A stretch of DNA of 46,405 bases, taken from a virus. Taxonomy: Duplodnaviria > Heunggongvirae > Uroviricota > Caudoviricetes. Made by a program: the position numbers and the translations under genes. Position 1 is the stretch's first letter; each line of letters starts with the position of its first letter. The notes beneath the pieces are model-generated. The model worked only from the letters and a program-made list of their open reading frames with translations. It was not told where the DNA came from and ran no database searches. Location of the stretch: the IMG/VR virus record IMGVR_UViG_2563366912_000002. One strand, 5' to 3'. Positions 20,255 to 34,450 of this stretch are shown here, in pieces.

Positions 20255-20613
20255 CTTATTATCCTGCATTGTTAAAAACGGCAGAATCCTATGTGACAAC
20301 AATTAAACGATAGTTAAATGGATTGATGAAAATTAAAACTATATAGGTGGATGCTCAGCCTATTGGAGGAGGGGGGCACTCAGAATCCTGTGGAATGAAA
20401 TAAACCGCTCTTTCTGTCCATTACCCTTTTAGCTGCGCTGTATCGTCGCCGTATTCCCGCATTAACCATGACCGTAGCCCGACGGGGAATTCCTTCTGCG
20501 TGAGTGTGCGGGAATAATCAAAAACGATGCGCACCGGGTTTTACTGTGCTGACAGACGCAGGGTTACCCTCATAGTCGCTTTTCCGGTGCGATGGTGGAA
20601 GAAACCGGGATGT

Positions 20614-20808
20614 TTATTCATCATCACTTTGGATTGATGTATATGCTCTCTTTTCTGACGTTAGTCTCCGACGGCAGGCTTCAATGACCCAGGCTGAGAA
20701 ATTCCCAGACCCTTTTTGCTCAAGAGCGATGTTAATTTGTTCAATCATTTGGTTAGGAAAGCGGATGTTGCGGGTTGTTGTTCTGCGGGTTCTGTTCTTA
20801 GTTGACAT
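20614..20808 (-). CDS. Small protein (64 aa), probably DUF3950-type, near the prophage right end
   Basis: MSTKNRTRRTTTRNIRFPNQMIEQINIALEQKGSGNFSAWVIEACRRRL…; position matches the last small ORF before cos in lambda. Confidence 0.5.
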   Translation of the reverse strand: MSTKNRTRRTTTRNIRFPNQMIEQINIALEQKGSGNFSAWVIEACRRRLTSEKRAYTSIQSDDE

Positions 20809-21007
20809 GAGGTTGCCCCGTATTCAGTGTTGCTGATTTGTATTGTCTGAAGTTGTTTTTACGTTAAGTTGATGCAGATCAATTAATACGATACCTGCGT
20901 CATAATTGATTATTTGACGTGGTTTGATGGCGTAGATGCACGTTGTGATATGTAGATGATAATTATTATCATTTTTCGGGTCCTTTCCGGCGATCCGACA
21001 GGTTACG

Positions 21008-21019
21008 GGGCGGCGACCT
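21008..21019 (+). other. cosN 12-nt cohesive-end sequence GGGCGGCGACCT (lambda cos); cosB elements follow up to nu1
   Basis: Exact lambda cos junction …CCGACAGGTTACG|GGGCGGCGACCTCGCGGGTTTTCGCTATTTATGAAAATTTTCCGG read directly in the sequence. Confidence 0.85.
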
Positions 21020-21196
21020 CGCGGGTTTTCGCTATTTATGAAAATTTTCCGGTTTAAGGCGTTTCCGTTCTTCTTCGTCATAACTTAATGTTTTTATTTA
21101 AAATACCCTCTGAAAAGAAAGGAAACGACAGGTGCTGAAAGCGAGCTTTTTGGCCTCTGTCGTTTCCTTTCTCTGTTTTTGTCCGTGGAATGAACA

Positions 21197-21716
21197 ATGG
21201 AAGTCAACAAAAAGCAGCTGGCTGATATTTTCGGTGCGAGTATCCGTACCATTCAGAACTGGCAGGAGCAGGGAATGCCCGTTCTGCGAGGCGGTGGCAA
21301 GGGTAATGAGGTGCTTTATGATTCTGCCGCCGTCATAAAATGGTATGCCGAAAGGGATGCTGAAATTGAGAACGAAAAGCTGCGCCGGGAAGTTGAAGAA
21401 CTGCGGCAGGCCAGCGAGACAGATCTCCAGCCAGGGACTATTGAGTACGAACGCCATCGACTTACGCGTGCGCAGGCCGACGCACAGGAGCTGAAAAATG
21501 CCAGAGACTCCGCTGAAGTGGTGGAAACCGCATTCTGTACTTTCGTGCTGTCGCGGATCGCAGGTGAAATTGCCAGTATTCTCGACGGGATCCCCCTGTC
21601 GGTGCAGCGGCGTTTTCCGGAACTGGAAAACCGACATGTTGATTTCCTGAAACGGGATATCATCAAAGCCATGAACAAAGCAGCCGCGCTGGATGAACTG
21701 ATACCGGGGTTGCTGA

Positions 21717-21742
<26 letters not shown>
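21197..21742 (+). CDS. nu1: Terminase small subunit Nu1
   Basis: MEVNKKQLADIFGASIRTIQNWQEQGMPV… matches lambda Nu1; directly downstream of cos. Confidence 0.95.
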
Positions 21743-25423
<3,681 letters not shown>

Positions 25424-25443
<20 letters not shown>

Positions 25444-26743
25444 TCTCCCGCATATTGCCAGCATGGCCTTTAATGAGCCGCTGATGCTTGAACCCGCCTA
25501 TGCGCGGGTTTTCTTTTGTGCGCTTGCAGGCCAGCTTGGGATCAGCCGCCTGACGGATGCGGTGTCCGGCGACAGCCTGACTGCCCAGGAGGCACTCGCG
25601 ACGCTGGCATTATCCGGTGATGATGACGGACCACGACAGGCCCGCAGTTATCAGGTCATGAACGGCATCGCCGTGCTGCCGGTGTCCGGCACGCTGGTCA
25701 GCCGGACGCGGGCGCTGCAGCCGTACTCGGGGATGACCGGTTACAACGGCATTATCGCCCGTCTGCAACAGGCTGCCAGCGACCCGATGGTGGACGGCAT
25801 TCTGCTCGATATGGACACGCCAGGCGGAATGGTGGCGGGGGCATTTGACTGCGCTGACATCATCGCCCGTGTGCGAGACATAAAACCGGTATGGGCGCTG
25901 GCCAACGACATGAACTGCAGTGCAGGTCAGCTGCTTGCCAGTGCCGCCTCCCGGCGTCTGGTCACGCAGACCGCCCGGACAGGCTCCATCGGCGTCATGA
26001 TGGCTCACAGTAATTACGGTGCTGCCCTGGAGAAACAGGGTGTGGAAATCACGCTGATTTACAGCGGCAGCCATAAGGTGGATGGCAATCCCTACAGCCA
26101 TCTTCCGGATGACGTCCGGGAGACACTGCAGTCCCGGATGGACGCAACCCGCCAGATGTTTGCGCAGAAGGTGTCGGCATATACCGGCCTGTCTGTGCAG
26201 GCTGTGCTGGATACCGAGGCTGCAGTGTACAGCGGTCAGGAGGCCATTGATGCCGGACTGGCTGATGAACTTGTTAACAGCACCGATGCGATCACCGTCA
26301 TGCGTGATGCACTGGATGCGCGTAAATCCCGTCTCTCAGGAGGGCGAATGACCAAAGAGACTCAATCAACAACTGTTTCAGCCACTGCTTCGCAGACTGA
26401 CGTTACTGACGTGGTGCCAGCGACGGAGGGCGAAAACGCCAGCGCGGCGCAGCCGGACGTGAACGCGCAGATCACCGCTGCGGTTGCGGCAGAAAACAGC
26501 CGCATTATGGGGATCCTCAACTGTGAGGAGGCTCACGGACGCGAAGAACAGGCCCGCGTGCTGGCAGAAACCCCCGGTATGACCGTGGAAACGGCCCGCC
26601 GCATTCTGGCAGCTGCACCACAGAGTGCACAGGCGCGCAGTGACACTGCGCTGGATCGTCTGATGCAGGGGGCACCGGCACCGCTGGCTGCAGGTAACCC
26701 GGCATCTGATGCCGTTAACGATTTGCTGAACACACCAGTGTAA
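25424..26743 (+). CDS. C: Head maturation protease C (439 aa; GTG start)
   Basis: GTG at 25424 then TAELRNLPHIASMAFNEPLMLEPAYARVFF…, matching lambda gpC; ORF track frame 25289..26743. Confidence 0.9.
26138..26743 (+). CDS. nu3: Scaffolding protein Nu3 (in-frame internal start within C)
   Basis: In-frame ATG at 26138 (MDATRQMFAQKV…) at the offset recalled for lambda nu3 relative to C; shares the C stop. Confidence 0.5.
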   Translation: MDATRQMFAQKVSAYTGLSVQAVLDTEAAVYSGQEAIDAGLADELVNSTDAITVMRDALDARKSRLSGGRMTKETQSTTVSATASQTDVTDVVPATEGENASAAQPDVNAQITAAVAAENSRIMGILNCEEAHGREEQARVLAETPGMTVETARRILAAAPQSAQARSDTALDRLMQGAPAPLAAGNPASDAVNDLLNTPV

Positions 26744-26752
26744 GGGATGTTT

Positions 26753-27085
26753 ATGACGAGCAAAGAAACCTTTACCCATTACCAGCCGCTGGGCAACAGT
26801 GACCCGGCACATACGGCAACCGCGCCCGGCGGATTGAGTGCGAAAGCGCCTGCAATGACCCCGATGATGCTGGACACCTCCACCCGTAAGCTGGTTGCGT
26901 GGGATGGCACCACCGACGGTACTGCCGTTGGCATTCTGGCGGTTGATGCTGACCAGACCAGCACCACGCTGACGTTCTACAAGTCCGGCACGTTCCGTTA
27001 TGAGGATGTGCTCTGGCCGGAGGCTGCCAGCGACGAGACGAAAAAACGGACCGCGTTTGCCGGAACGGCAATCAGCATCGTTTAA
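26753..27085 (+). CDS. D: Head decoration protein D (110 aa)
   Basis: [37 protein letters not shown]… matches lambda gpD. Confidence 0.95.
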   Translation: MTSKETFTHYQPLGNSDPAHTATAPGGLSAKAPAMTPMMLDTSTRKLVAWDGTTDGTAVGILAVDADQTSTTLTFYKSGTFRYEDVLWPEAASDETKKRTAFAGTAISIV

Positions 27086-27104
27086 CCTTACCCTTCATCA
27101 CTAA

Positions 27105-27128
27105 AGGCCGCCTGTGCGGCTTTTTTTA
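27105..27128 (+). terminator. Terminator-like hairpin plus T-run between D and E
   Basis: GGCCGCCTGTGCGGC followed by TTTTTTT, 13 nt before the E start codon; may act as a partial terminator or translation-control structure. Confidence 0.3.
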
Positions 27129-27140
27129 CGGGATTTTTTT

Positions 27141-28166
27141 ATGTCGATGTACACAACCGCCCAGCTGCTGGCGGCAAATGAGAAGAAATTTAAGTTTGAT
27201 CCGCTGTTTCTGCGTCTCTTTTTCCGTGAGAGCTATCCCTTCACCACGGAGAAAGTCTATCTCTCACAAATTCCGGGACTGGTAAACATGGCGCTGTACG
27301 TTTCGCCGATTGTTTCCGGTGAGGTTATCCGCTCCCGTGGCGGCTCCACCTCTGAATTTACACCGGGATATGTCAAGCCGAAGCATGAGGTGAATCCGCA
27401 GATGACCCTGCGTCGCCTGCCGGATGAAGATCCGCAGAATCTGGCGGACCCGGCTTACCGCCGCCGTCGCATCATCATGCAGAACATGCGAGACGAAGAG
27501 CTGGCCATTGCTCAGGTCGAAGAGATGCAGGCAGTTTCTGCTGTGCTTAAGGGCAAATACACCATGACCGGTGAAGCCTTCGATCCGGTTGAGGTGGATA
27601 TGGGCCGCAGTGCGGCGAACAACATCACACAGTCCGGTGGTACGGAGTGGAGCAAGCGTGACAAGTCCACGTATGACCCGACCGACGATATCGAAGCCTA
27701 TGCGCTGAACGCCAGCGGAGTGGTGAATATCATCGTGTTTGATCCGAAAGGCTGGGCGCTGTTCCGTTCCTTCAAAGCCGTCAAGGAGAAGCTGGATACC
27801 CGTCGCGGCTCTAATTCCGAGCTGGAGACAGCGGTAAAAGACCTGGGCGAAGCGGTGTCCTATAAGGGGATGTATGGCGATACGGCGATCGTCGTGTATT
27901 CCGGACAGTACGTGGAAAACGACGTCAAAAAGAACTTCCTTCCGGACAACACGATGGTGCTGGGGAACACTCAGGCACGCGGTCTGCGCACCTATGGCTG
28001 CATTCAGGATGCGGACGCACAGCGCGAAGGTATTAACGCCTCTGCCCGCTACCCGAAAAACTGGGTGACCACCGGCGATCCGGCGCGTGAGTTCACCATG
28101 ATTCAGTCAGCACCGCTGATGCTGCTGGCTGACCCTGATGCGTTCGTGTCCGTACAACTGGCGTAA
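27141..28166 (+). CDS. E: Major capsid protein E (341 aa)
   Basis: MSMYTTAQLLAANEKKFKFDPLFLRLFFRESYPFTTEKVYLSQIPGLVNMALYVSPIVSGEV… matches lambda gpE. Confidence 0.95.
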   Translation: MSMYTTAQLLAANEKKFKFDPLFLRLFFRESYPFTTEKVYLSQIPGLVNMALYVSPIVSGEVIRSRGGSTSEFTPGYVKPKHEVNPQMTLRRLPDEDPQNLADPAYRRRRIIMQNMRDEELAIAQVEEMQAVSAVLKGKYTMTGEAFDPVEVDMGRSAANNITQSGGTEWSKRDKSTYDPTDDIEAYALNASGVVNIIVFDPKGWALFRSFKAVKEKLDTRRGSNSELETAVKDLGEAVSYKGMYGDTAIVVYSGQYVENDVKKNFLPDNTMVLGNTQARGLRTYGCIQDADAQREGINASARYPKNWVTTGDPAREFTMIQSAPLMLLADPDAFVSVQLA

Positions 28167-28207
28167 TCATGGCCCTTCGGGGCCATTTTCTCTCTGTGGA
28201 GGAGTCT

Positions 28208-28603
28208 ATGACGAAAGATGAACTGATTGCCCGTCTTCAGGTGCTGGGTGAGCAACTGAACCGTGATGTCAGCCTGACGGGGACGAAAGAAGAACTGGTG
28301 CTCCGTGTGGCAGAGCTGGAAGAGGAGCTTGATGACACGGATGACGCTGCCGGTCAGGACACATCTGTCAGCCCGGAAAATGCGCTGACCGGACATGAAA
28401 ATGAGGTTGTATCAGCGCAGCCGGATACCGTGACTGATACGGCTGATCTGGTCACGGTTGTGGCACTGGTGACGCTGCATACTGATGCACTTCACGCCAC
28501 GCGGGATGAGGCTGTGGCATTTGTGCTGCCGGGAACGGCGTTCCGTGTCTCTGCCGGTGTGTCAGCTGAAATGACAGAGCGCGGCCTGGCCAGAATGCAA
28601 TAA
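28208..28603 (+). CDS. FI: DNA-packaging protein FI (132 aa)
   Basis: MTKDELIARL…GTKEELVLRVAELEEELDD… matches lambda gpFI; ORF track frame starts earlier at 28169. Confidence 0.85.
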   Translation: MTKDELIARLQVLGEQLNRDVSLTGTKEELVLRVAELEEELDDTDDAAGQDTSVSPENALTGHENEVVSAQPDTVTDTADLVTVVALVTLHTDALHATRDEAVAFVLPGTAFRVSAGVSAEMTERGLARMQ

Positions 28604-28614
28604 CGGGAGGCGCT

Positions 28615-28968
28615 GTGGCTGATTTCGATAACCTGTTCGATGCTGCCATTGCCCGCGCCGATGAAACGATACGCGGGTACATGGGAACGTCAGCCACCAT
28701 GACATCCGGTGAGCAGTCCGGTGCTGTGATACGTGGTGTTTTTGATGACCCTGAAAATATCAGCTATGCCGGACAGGGCGTGCGCGTTGAAGGCTCCAGC
28801 CCGTCCCTGTTTGTCCGGACTGATGATGTGCGGCAGCTGCGGCGCGGCGACACGCTGACCATCGGTGAGGAAAACTTCTGGATAGACCGGATTTCGCCGG
28901 ATGATGGCGGAAGCTGTCATCTCTGGCTTGGGCGGGGCGTACCGCCTGCCGTTAACCGTCGCCGCTGA
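28615..28968 (+). CDS. FII: Head-tail connector FII (117 aa)
   Basis: MADFDNLFDAAIARADETIRGYMGTSATMTSGEQSGAVIRGVFDDPENISYAGQGVRVEG… matches lambda gpFII. Confidence 0.9.
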   Translation: MADFDNLFDAAIARADETIRGYMGTSATMTSGEQSGAVIRGVFDDPENISYAGQGVRVEGSSPSLFVRTDDVRQLRRGDTLTIGEENFWIDRISPDDGGSCHLWLGRGVPPAVNRRR

Positions 28969-28979
28969 AAGGGGGATGT

Positions 28980-29558
28980 ATGGCCATAAAAGGTCTTGAG
29001 CAGGCCGTTGAAAACCTCAGTCGTATCAGCAGAGCGGCGGTGCCCGGTGCCGCCGCAATGGCTATTAACCGCGTTGCTTCATCCGCGATATCGCAGTCGG
29101 CGTCACAGGTTGCCCGTGAGACAAAGGTACGCCGGAAACTGGTAAAGGAAAGGGCCAGGCTGAAAAGGGCCACGGTCAAAAATCCGCAGGCCAGAATCAA
29201 GGTTAACCGGGGGGATTTGCCCGTAATAAAGCTGGGTAACGCGCGGATTGTCCTGTCCCGACGCAGGCGTCGTAAAAAGGGGCAGCGTTCAGCCCTGAAA
29301 GGTGGCGGCAGCGTGCTTGTGGTGGGAAACCGTCGTATTCCCGGCGCGTTTATTCAGCAACTGAAAAATGGCCGCTGGCATGTCATGCAGCGTGTGGCCG
29401 GGAAAAACCGTTACCCCATTGATGTGGTGAAAATCCCGATGGCGGTGCCGCTGACCACGGCGTTTAAACAGAATATTGAGCGGATACGGCGTGAGCGTCT
29501 TCCGAAAGAGCTGGGCTATGCGCTGCAGCATCAACTGAGGATGGTAATAAAGCGATGA
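28980..29558 (+). CDS. Z: Tail completion protein Z (192 aa)
   Basis: Matches lambda gpZ as recalled. Confidence 0.9.
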   Translation: MAIKGLEQAVENLSRISRAAVPGAAAMAINRVASSAISQSASQVARETKVRRKLVKERARLKRATVKNPQARIKVNRGDLPVIKLGNARIVLSRRRRRKKGQRSALKGGGSVLVVGNRRIPGAFIQQLKNGRWHVMQRVAGKNRYPIDVVKIPMAVPLTTAFKQNIERIRRERLPKELGYALQHQLRMVIKR

Positions 29559-29950
29559 AACATACTGAACTCCGTGCAGCCGTACTGGATGCACTGGAGA
29601 AGCATGACACCGGGGCGACGCTTTTTGATGGTCGCCCCGCTGTTTTTGATGAGGAAGATTTTCCGGCAATTGCCGTTTATCTCACCGGCGCTGAATACAC
29701 GGGCGAAGAGCTGGACAGCGATACCTGGCAGGCGGAGCTGCATATTGAAGTTTTCCTGCCTGCTCAGGTGCCGGATTCAGAGCTGGATGCGTGGATGGAG
29801 TCCCGGATTTATCCGGTGATGAGCGATATCCCGGCACTGTCAGATTTGATCACCAGTATGGTGGCCAGTGGCTATGACTACCGGCGCGACGATGATGCGG
29901 GCCTGTGGAGTTCAGCCGATCTGACTTATGTCATTACCTATGAAATGTGA
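29555..29950 (+). CDS. U: Tail terminator protein U (131 aa)
   Basis: [54 protein letters not shown]… matches lambda gpU. Confidence 0.9.
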   Translation: MKHTELRAAVLDALEKHDTGATLFDGRPAVFDEEDFPAIAVYLTGAEYTGEELDSDTWQAELHIEVFLPAQVPDSELDAWMESRIYPVMSDIPALSDLITSMVASGYDYRRDDDAGLWSSADLTYVITYEM

Positions 29951-29957
29951 GGACGCT

Positions 29958-30698
29958 ATGCCTGTACCAAATCCTGTAATGCCGGTGAAAGGTGCCGGGA
30001 CCACCCTGTGGGTTTATAAGGGGAGCGGTGACCCTTATGCGAACCCGCTTTCAGACGTTGACTGGTCGCGTCTGGCAAAAGTTAAAGACCTGACGCCCGG
30101 CGAACTGACCGCTGAGTCCTATGACGACAGCTATCTCGATGATAAAGATGCAGACTGGACTGCGACCGGGCAGGGGCAGAAATCTGCCGGAGATACCAGC
30201 TTCACGCTGGCGTGGATGCCCGGAGAGCAGGGGCAGCAGGCGCTGCTGGCGTGGTTTAATGAAGGTGATACCCGTGCCTATAAAATCCGCTTCCCGAACG
30301 GCACGGTCGATGTGTTCCGTGGCTGGGTCAGCAGTATCGGTAAGGCGGTGACGGCGAAGGAAGTGATTACCCGCACGGTGAAGGTCACCAATGTGGGACG
30401 TCCGTCGATGGCAGAAGATCGCAGCACGGTAACAGCGGCAACCGGCATGACCGTGACGCCTGCCAGCACTTCGGTGGTGAAAGGGCAGAGCACCACGCTG
30501 ACCGTGGCATTCCAGCCGGAAGGCGCAACCGACAAGAGCTTCCGTGCGGTGTCTGCGGATAAAACAAAAGCCACCGTGTCGGTCAGTGGTATGACCATCA
30601 CCGTGAAAGGTGTTGCTGCAGGCAAGGTCAACATTCCGGTTGTATCCGGTAATGGTGAACTTGCTGTGGTTGCAGAAATCACCGTCACCGACAGTTAA
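29958..30698 (+). CDS. V: Major tail tube protein V (246 aa) with C-terminal Ig-like domain
   Basis: [62 protein letters not shown]… matches lambda gpV. Confidence 0.95.
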   Translation: MPVPNPVMPVKGAGTTLWVYKGSGDPYANPLSDVDWSRLAKVKDLTPGELTAESYDDSYLDDKDADWTATGQGQKSAGDTSFTLAWMPGEQGQQALLAWFNEGDTRAYKIRFPNGTVDVFRGWVSSIGKAVTAKEVITRTVKVTNVGRPSMAEDRSTVTAATGMTVTPASTSVVKGQSTTLTVAFQPEGATDKSFRAVSADKTKATVSVSGMTITVKGVAAGKVNIPVVSGNGELAVVAEITVTDS

Positions 30699-30713
30699 TC
30701 CGGAGAGTCAGCG

Positions 30714-31136
30714 ATGTTCCTGAAAACCGAATCATTTGAATATAACGGTGTGAGCGTCACGCTTTCTGAACTGTCAGCCCTGCAGCGAATTGAGCATCTC
30801 GCCCTGCTGAAACGACAGGCAGAACAGGCGGGATCCAGTCTCAATCGACAGGTGAGCGTGGAAGATCTCGTCAGAACCGGTGCTTTTCTGGTGGCGATGT
30901 CCCTGTGGCATAGCCATCCGCAGAAGACAAAGATGCCGTCCATGAATGAAGCCGTTAAACAAATTGAGCAGGAAGTGCTTACCACCTGGCCCACAGAGGC
31001 AATTGCTCAGGCTGAAAATGTGGTAATGCGTCTGTCCGGTATGTCTGAGTTTGTTGTGAATGATGCACCTGAACAGGCAGATGACGCCGGGCCAGCAGAG
31101 CCTGTTTCTGCGGGAAAGTGTTCGACGGTGAGCTGA
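30714..31136 (+). CDS. G: Tail assembly chaperone G (140 aa)
   Basis: MFLKTESFEYNGVSVTLSELSALQRIEHLALLKRQAEQ… matches lambda gpG; ends just after the slippery site GGGAAAG (31112..31118). Confidence 0.9.
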   Translation: MFLKTESFEYNGVSVTLSELSALQRIEHLALLKRQAEQAGSSLNRQVSVEDLVRTGAFLVAMSLWHSHPQKTKMPSMNEAVKQIEQEVLTTWPTEAIAQAENVVMRLSGMSEFVVNDAPEQADDAGPAEPVSAGKCSTVS

Positions 31137-31552
31137 GTTTTGCCCTGAAACTGGCGCGTGAGATGGGGCGACCCGACTGGCGCGCCATGCTTGCCGGGAT
31201 GTCATCCACGGAGTATGCCGACTGGCACCGCTTTTACAGTACCCATTATTTTCATGATGTTCTGCTGGATATGCACTTTTCCGGGCTGACGTACACCGTA
31301 CTCAGCCTGTTTTTCAGCGATCCGGATATGCATCCGCTGGATTTCAGTCTGCTGAACCGGCGCGAGGCTGACGAAGAGCCTGAAGATGATGTGCTGATGC
31401 AGAAAGCGGCAGGGCTTGCCGGAGGCGTCCGCTTTGGCCCGGACGGGAATGAAGTTATCCCCGCTTCCCCGGATGTGGCGGACATGACGGAGGATGACGT
31501 AATGCTGATGACAGTATCAGAAGGGATCGCAGGAGGAGTCCGGTATGGCTGA
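30714..31552 (+). CDS. G-T: G-T fusion produced by programmed -1 ribosomal frameshift
   Basis: Slippery heptamer G GGA AAG at 31112..31118 near the end of G; the -1 frame continues as ORF 31118..31552 (T frame, …VFDGELSFALKLAREMGRPDWRAML…), as established for lambda G/GT. Confidence 0.7.
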
Positions 31553-34124
31553 ACCGGTAGGCGATCTGGTCGTTGATTTGAGTCTGGATGCGGCCAGATT
31601 TGACGAGCAGATGGCCAGAGTCAGGCGTCATTTTTCCGGTACGGAAAGTGATGCGAAAAAAACAGCGGCAGTCGTTGAACAGTCAATGAACCGGCAGGCG
31701 CTGGCTGCACAGAAAGCGGGGATTTCCGTCGGACAGTATAAAGCCGCCATGCGTATGCTGCCTGCACAGTTCACCGACGTGGCCACGCAGCTTGCAGGCG
31801 GGCAAAGCCCGTGGCTGATCCTGCTGCAACAGGGGGGTCAGGTTAAGGACTCCTTCGGCGGGATGATCCCCATGTTCAGGGGGCTTGCCGGTGCGATCAC
31901 CCTGCCGATGGTGGGGGCCACCTCGCTGGCGGTGGCGACCGGTGCGCTGGCGTATGCCTGGTATCAGGGCAACTCAACCCTGTCCGATTTCAACAAAACG
32001 CTGGTCCTTTCCGGCAATCAGGCGGGACTGACGGCAGATCGTATGCTGGTCCTGTCCAGAGCCGGGCAGGCGGCAGGGCTGACGTTTAACCAGACCAGCG
32101 AGTCACTGACGGCGCTGGTGAATGCCGGTGTGCGTGGTGGTGAGCAGTTTGAGGCGATCAGCCAGAGTGTGGCGCGTTTCTCCTCTGCATCCGGCGTGGA
32201 GGTGGACAAGGTCGCTGAAGCCTTCGGGAAGCTGACCACAGACCCGACGTCGGGACTGACAGCGATGGCACGTCAGTTCCATAACGTGACGGCGGAGCAG
32301 ATTGCGTATGTTGCTCAGTTGCAGCGTTCCGGAGATGAAGCCGGGGCATTGCAGGCGGCGAACGAGGCCGCAACGAAAGGGTTTGATGACCAGACCCGCC
32401 GCCTGAAAGAGAACATGGGCACGCTGGAGACCTGGGCAGACAGGACAGCACGGGCATTCAAATCCATGTGGGATTCGGTGCTGGATATTGGTCGCCCGGA
32501 CACTGCCCAGGGAATGCTGGAGAAAGCAGAAAAGGCTTTTGATGAGGCGGACAAAAAATGGCAGTGGTATCAGAGCCGGAGCCACCGGCGCGGTAAAACC
32601 TCAGCATTTCTTGCCAATCTCCGGGGAGCATGGGAGGACAGAGCGAATGCGCAACTTGGACTTTCAGCCGCCACGTTGCAGGCCGATCTTGAAAAGGCCA
32701 GAGAGATGGCAGCAAAGGACTGGGCCGAGTCTGAGGCATCACGGCTGAAATATACCGAAGAGGCGCAGAAGGCTTACGAACGGCTGCAGACGCCGCTGGA
32801 GAAATATACCGCCCGTCAGGAAGAACTGAACAAGGCACTGAAAGACGGGAAAATCCTGCAGGCGGATTACAACACGCTGATGGCGGCGGCGAAAAAGGAT
32901 TATGAAGCGACGCTGAAAAAGCCGAAACAGTCCGGCGTGAAGGTGTCTGCGGGCGATCGTCAGGAAGACAGTGCTCATGCTGCCCTGCTGACGCTTCAGG
33001 CAGAACTCCGGACGCTGGAGAAGCATGCCGGAGCAAATGAGAAAATCAGCCAGCAGCGCCGGGATTTGTGGAAGGCGGAGAGTCAGTTCGCGGTACTGGA
33101 GGAGGCGGCGCAACGTCGCCAGCTGTCTGCACAGGAGAAATCCCTGCTGGCGCATAAAGATGAGACGCTGGAGTACAAACGCCAGCTGGCTGCACTTGGC
33201 GACAAGGTTACGTATCAGGAGCGCCTGAACGCGCTGGCGCAGCAGGCGGATAAATTCGCACAGCAGCAACGGGCAAAACGGGCCGCCATTGATGCGAAAA
33301 GCCGGGGGCTGACTGACCGGCAGGCAGAACGGGAAGCCACGGAACAGCGCCTGAAGGAACAGTATGGCGATAATCCGCTGGCGCTGAATAACGTCATGTC
33401 AGAGCAGAAAAAGACCTGGGCGGCTGAAGACCAGCTTCGCGGGAACTGGATGGCAGGCCTGAAGTCCGGCTGGAGTGAGTGGGAAGAGAGCGCCACGGAC
33501 AGTATGTCGCAGGTAAAAAGTGCAGCCACGCAGACCTTTGATGGTATTGCACAGAATATGGCGGCGATGCTGACCGGCAGTGAGCAGAACTGGCGCAGCT
33601 TCACCCGTTCCGTGCTGTCCATGATGACAGAAATTCTGCTTAAGCAGGCAATGGTGGGGATTGTCGGGAGTATCGGCAGCGCCATTGGCGGGGCTGTTGG
33701 TGGCGGCGCATCCGCGTCAGGCGGTACAGCCATTCAGGCCGCTGCGGCGAAATTCCATTTTGCAACCGGAGGATTTACGGGAACCGGCGGCAAATATGAG
33801 CCAGCGGGGATTGTTCACCGTGGTGAGTTTGTCTTCACGAAGGAGGCAACCAGCCGGATTGGCGTGGGGAATCTTTACCGGCTGATGCGCGGCTATGCCA
33901 CCGGCGGTTATGTCGGTACACCGGGCAGCATGGCAGACAGCCGGTCGCAGGCGTCCGGGACGTTTGAGCAGAATAACCATGTGGTGATTAACAACGACGG
34001 CACGAACGGGCAGATAGGTCCCGCTGCTCTGAAGGCGGTGTATGACATGGCCCGCAAGGGTGCCCGTGATGAAATTCAGACACAGATGCGTGATGGTGGC
34101 CTGTTCTCCGGAGGTGGACGATGA
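31545..34124 (+). CDS. H: Tail tape-measure protein H (859 aa)
   Basis: MAEPVGDLVVDLSLDAARFDEQMARVRRHFSGTESDAKKTAAVVEQS… matches lambda gpH. Confidence 0.95.
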   Translation: MAEPVGDLVVDLSLDAARFDEQMARVRRHFSGTESDAKKTAAVVEQSMNRQALAAQKAGISVGQYKAAMRMLPAQFTDVATQLAGGQSPWLILLQQGGQVKDSFGGMIPMFRGLAGAITLPMVGATSLAVATGALAYAWYQGNSTLSDFNKTLVLSGNQAGLTADRMLVLSRAGQAAGLTFNQTSESLTALVNAGVRGGEQFEAISQSVARFSSASGVEVDKVAEAFGKLTTDPTSGLTAMARQFHNVTAEQIAYVAQLQRSGDEAGALQAANEAATKGFDDQTRRLKENMGTLETWADRTARAFKSMWDSVLDIGRPDTAQGMLEKAEKAFDEADKKWQWYQSRSHRRGKTSAFLANLRGAWEDRANAQLGLSAATLQADLEKAREMAAKDWAESEASRLKYTEEAQKAYERLQTPLEKYTARQEELNKALKDGKILQADYNTLMAAAKKDYEATLKKPKQSGVKVSAGDRQEDSAHAALLTLQAELRTLEKHAGANEKISQQRRDLWKAESQFAVLEEAAQRRQLSAQEKSLLAHKDETLEYKRQLAALGDKVTYQERLNALAQQADKFAQQQRAKRAAIDAKSRGLTDRQAEREATEQRLKEQYGDNPLALNNVMSEQKKTWAAEDQLRGNWMAGLKSGWSEWEESATDSMSQVKSAATQTFDGIAQNMAAMLTGSEQNWRSFTRSVLSMMTEILLKQAMVGIVGSIGSAIGGAVGGGASASGGTAIQAAAAKFHFATGGFTGTGGKYEPAGIVHRGEFVFTKEATSRIGVGNLYRLMRGYATGGYVGTPGSMADSRSQASGTFEQNNHVVINNDGTNGQIGPAALKAVYDMARKGARDEIQTQMRDGGLFSGGGR

Positions 34125-34450
34125 AGACCTTCCGCTGGAAAGTGAAACCCGGTATGGATGTGGCTTCGGTCCCTTCTGTAAGAAAGGTGCGCTTTGGTGA
34201 TGGCTATTCTCAGCGAGCGCCTGCCGGGCTGAATGCCAACCTGAAAACGTACAGCGTGACGCTTTCTGTCCCCCGTGAGGAGGCCACGGTACTGGAGTCG
34301 TTTCTGGAAGAGCACGGGGGCTGGAAATCCTTTCTGTGGACGCCGCCTTATGAGTGGCGGCAGATAAAGGTGACCTGCGCAAAATGGTCGTCGCGGGTCA
34401 GTATGCTGCGTGTTGAGTTCAGCGCAGAGTTTGAACAGGTGGTGAACTGA
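34121..34450 (+). CDS. M: Tail tip protein M (109 aa)
   Basis: MKTFRWKVKPGMDVASVPSVRKVRFGDGYSQRAPAGLNANLKTYSVTLSVPREEATVLESFLEEHGGWKSF… matches lambda gpM. Confidence 0.95.
   Translation: MKTFRWKVKPGMDVASVPSVRKVRFGDGYSQRAPAGLNANLKTYSVTLSVPREEATVLESFLEEHGGWKSFLWTPPYEWRQIKVTCAKWSSRVSMLRVEFSAEFEQVVN

Noticed and set aside
20300-20613. Possible remnant of a ybcV/ybcW-like gene between bor and the DUF3950-like ORF
   Set aside because: Only short broken frames (for example a 26-codon ORF) are visible; insufficient to call a pseudogene without alignment.
20824-21081. 85-aa minus-strand ORF overlapping the cos region
   Set aside because: It covers the lambda right-end/cosQ-cosN sequence, which is non-coding in lambda; AT-rich with no RBS.
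25610-26812. Minus-strand ORFs antisense to the C/Nu3 genes (163 and 144 aa) and other antisense ORFs across A, B, H, L and K
   Set aside because: Lambda head and tail genes are well established on the plus strand; these are GC-driven antisense frames.
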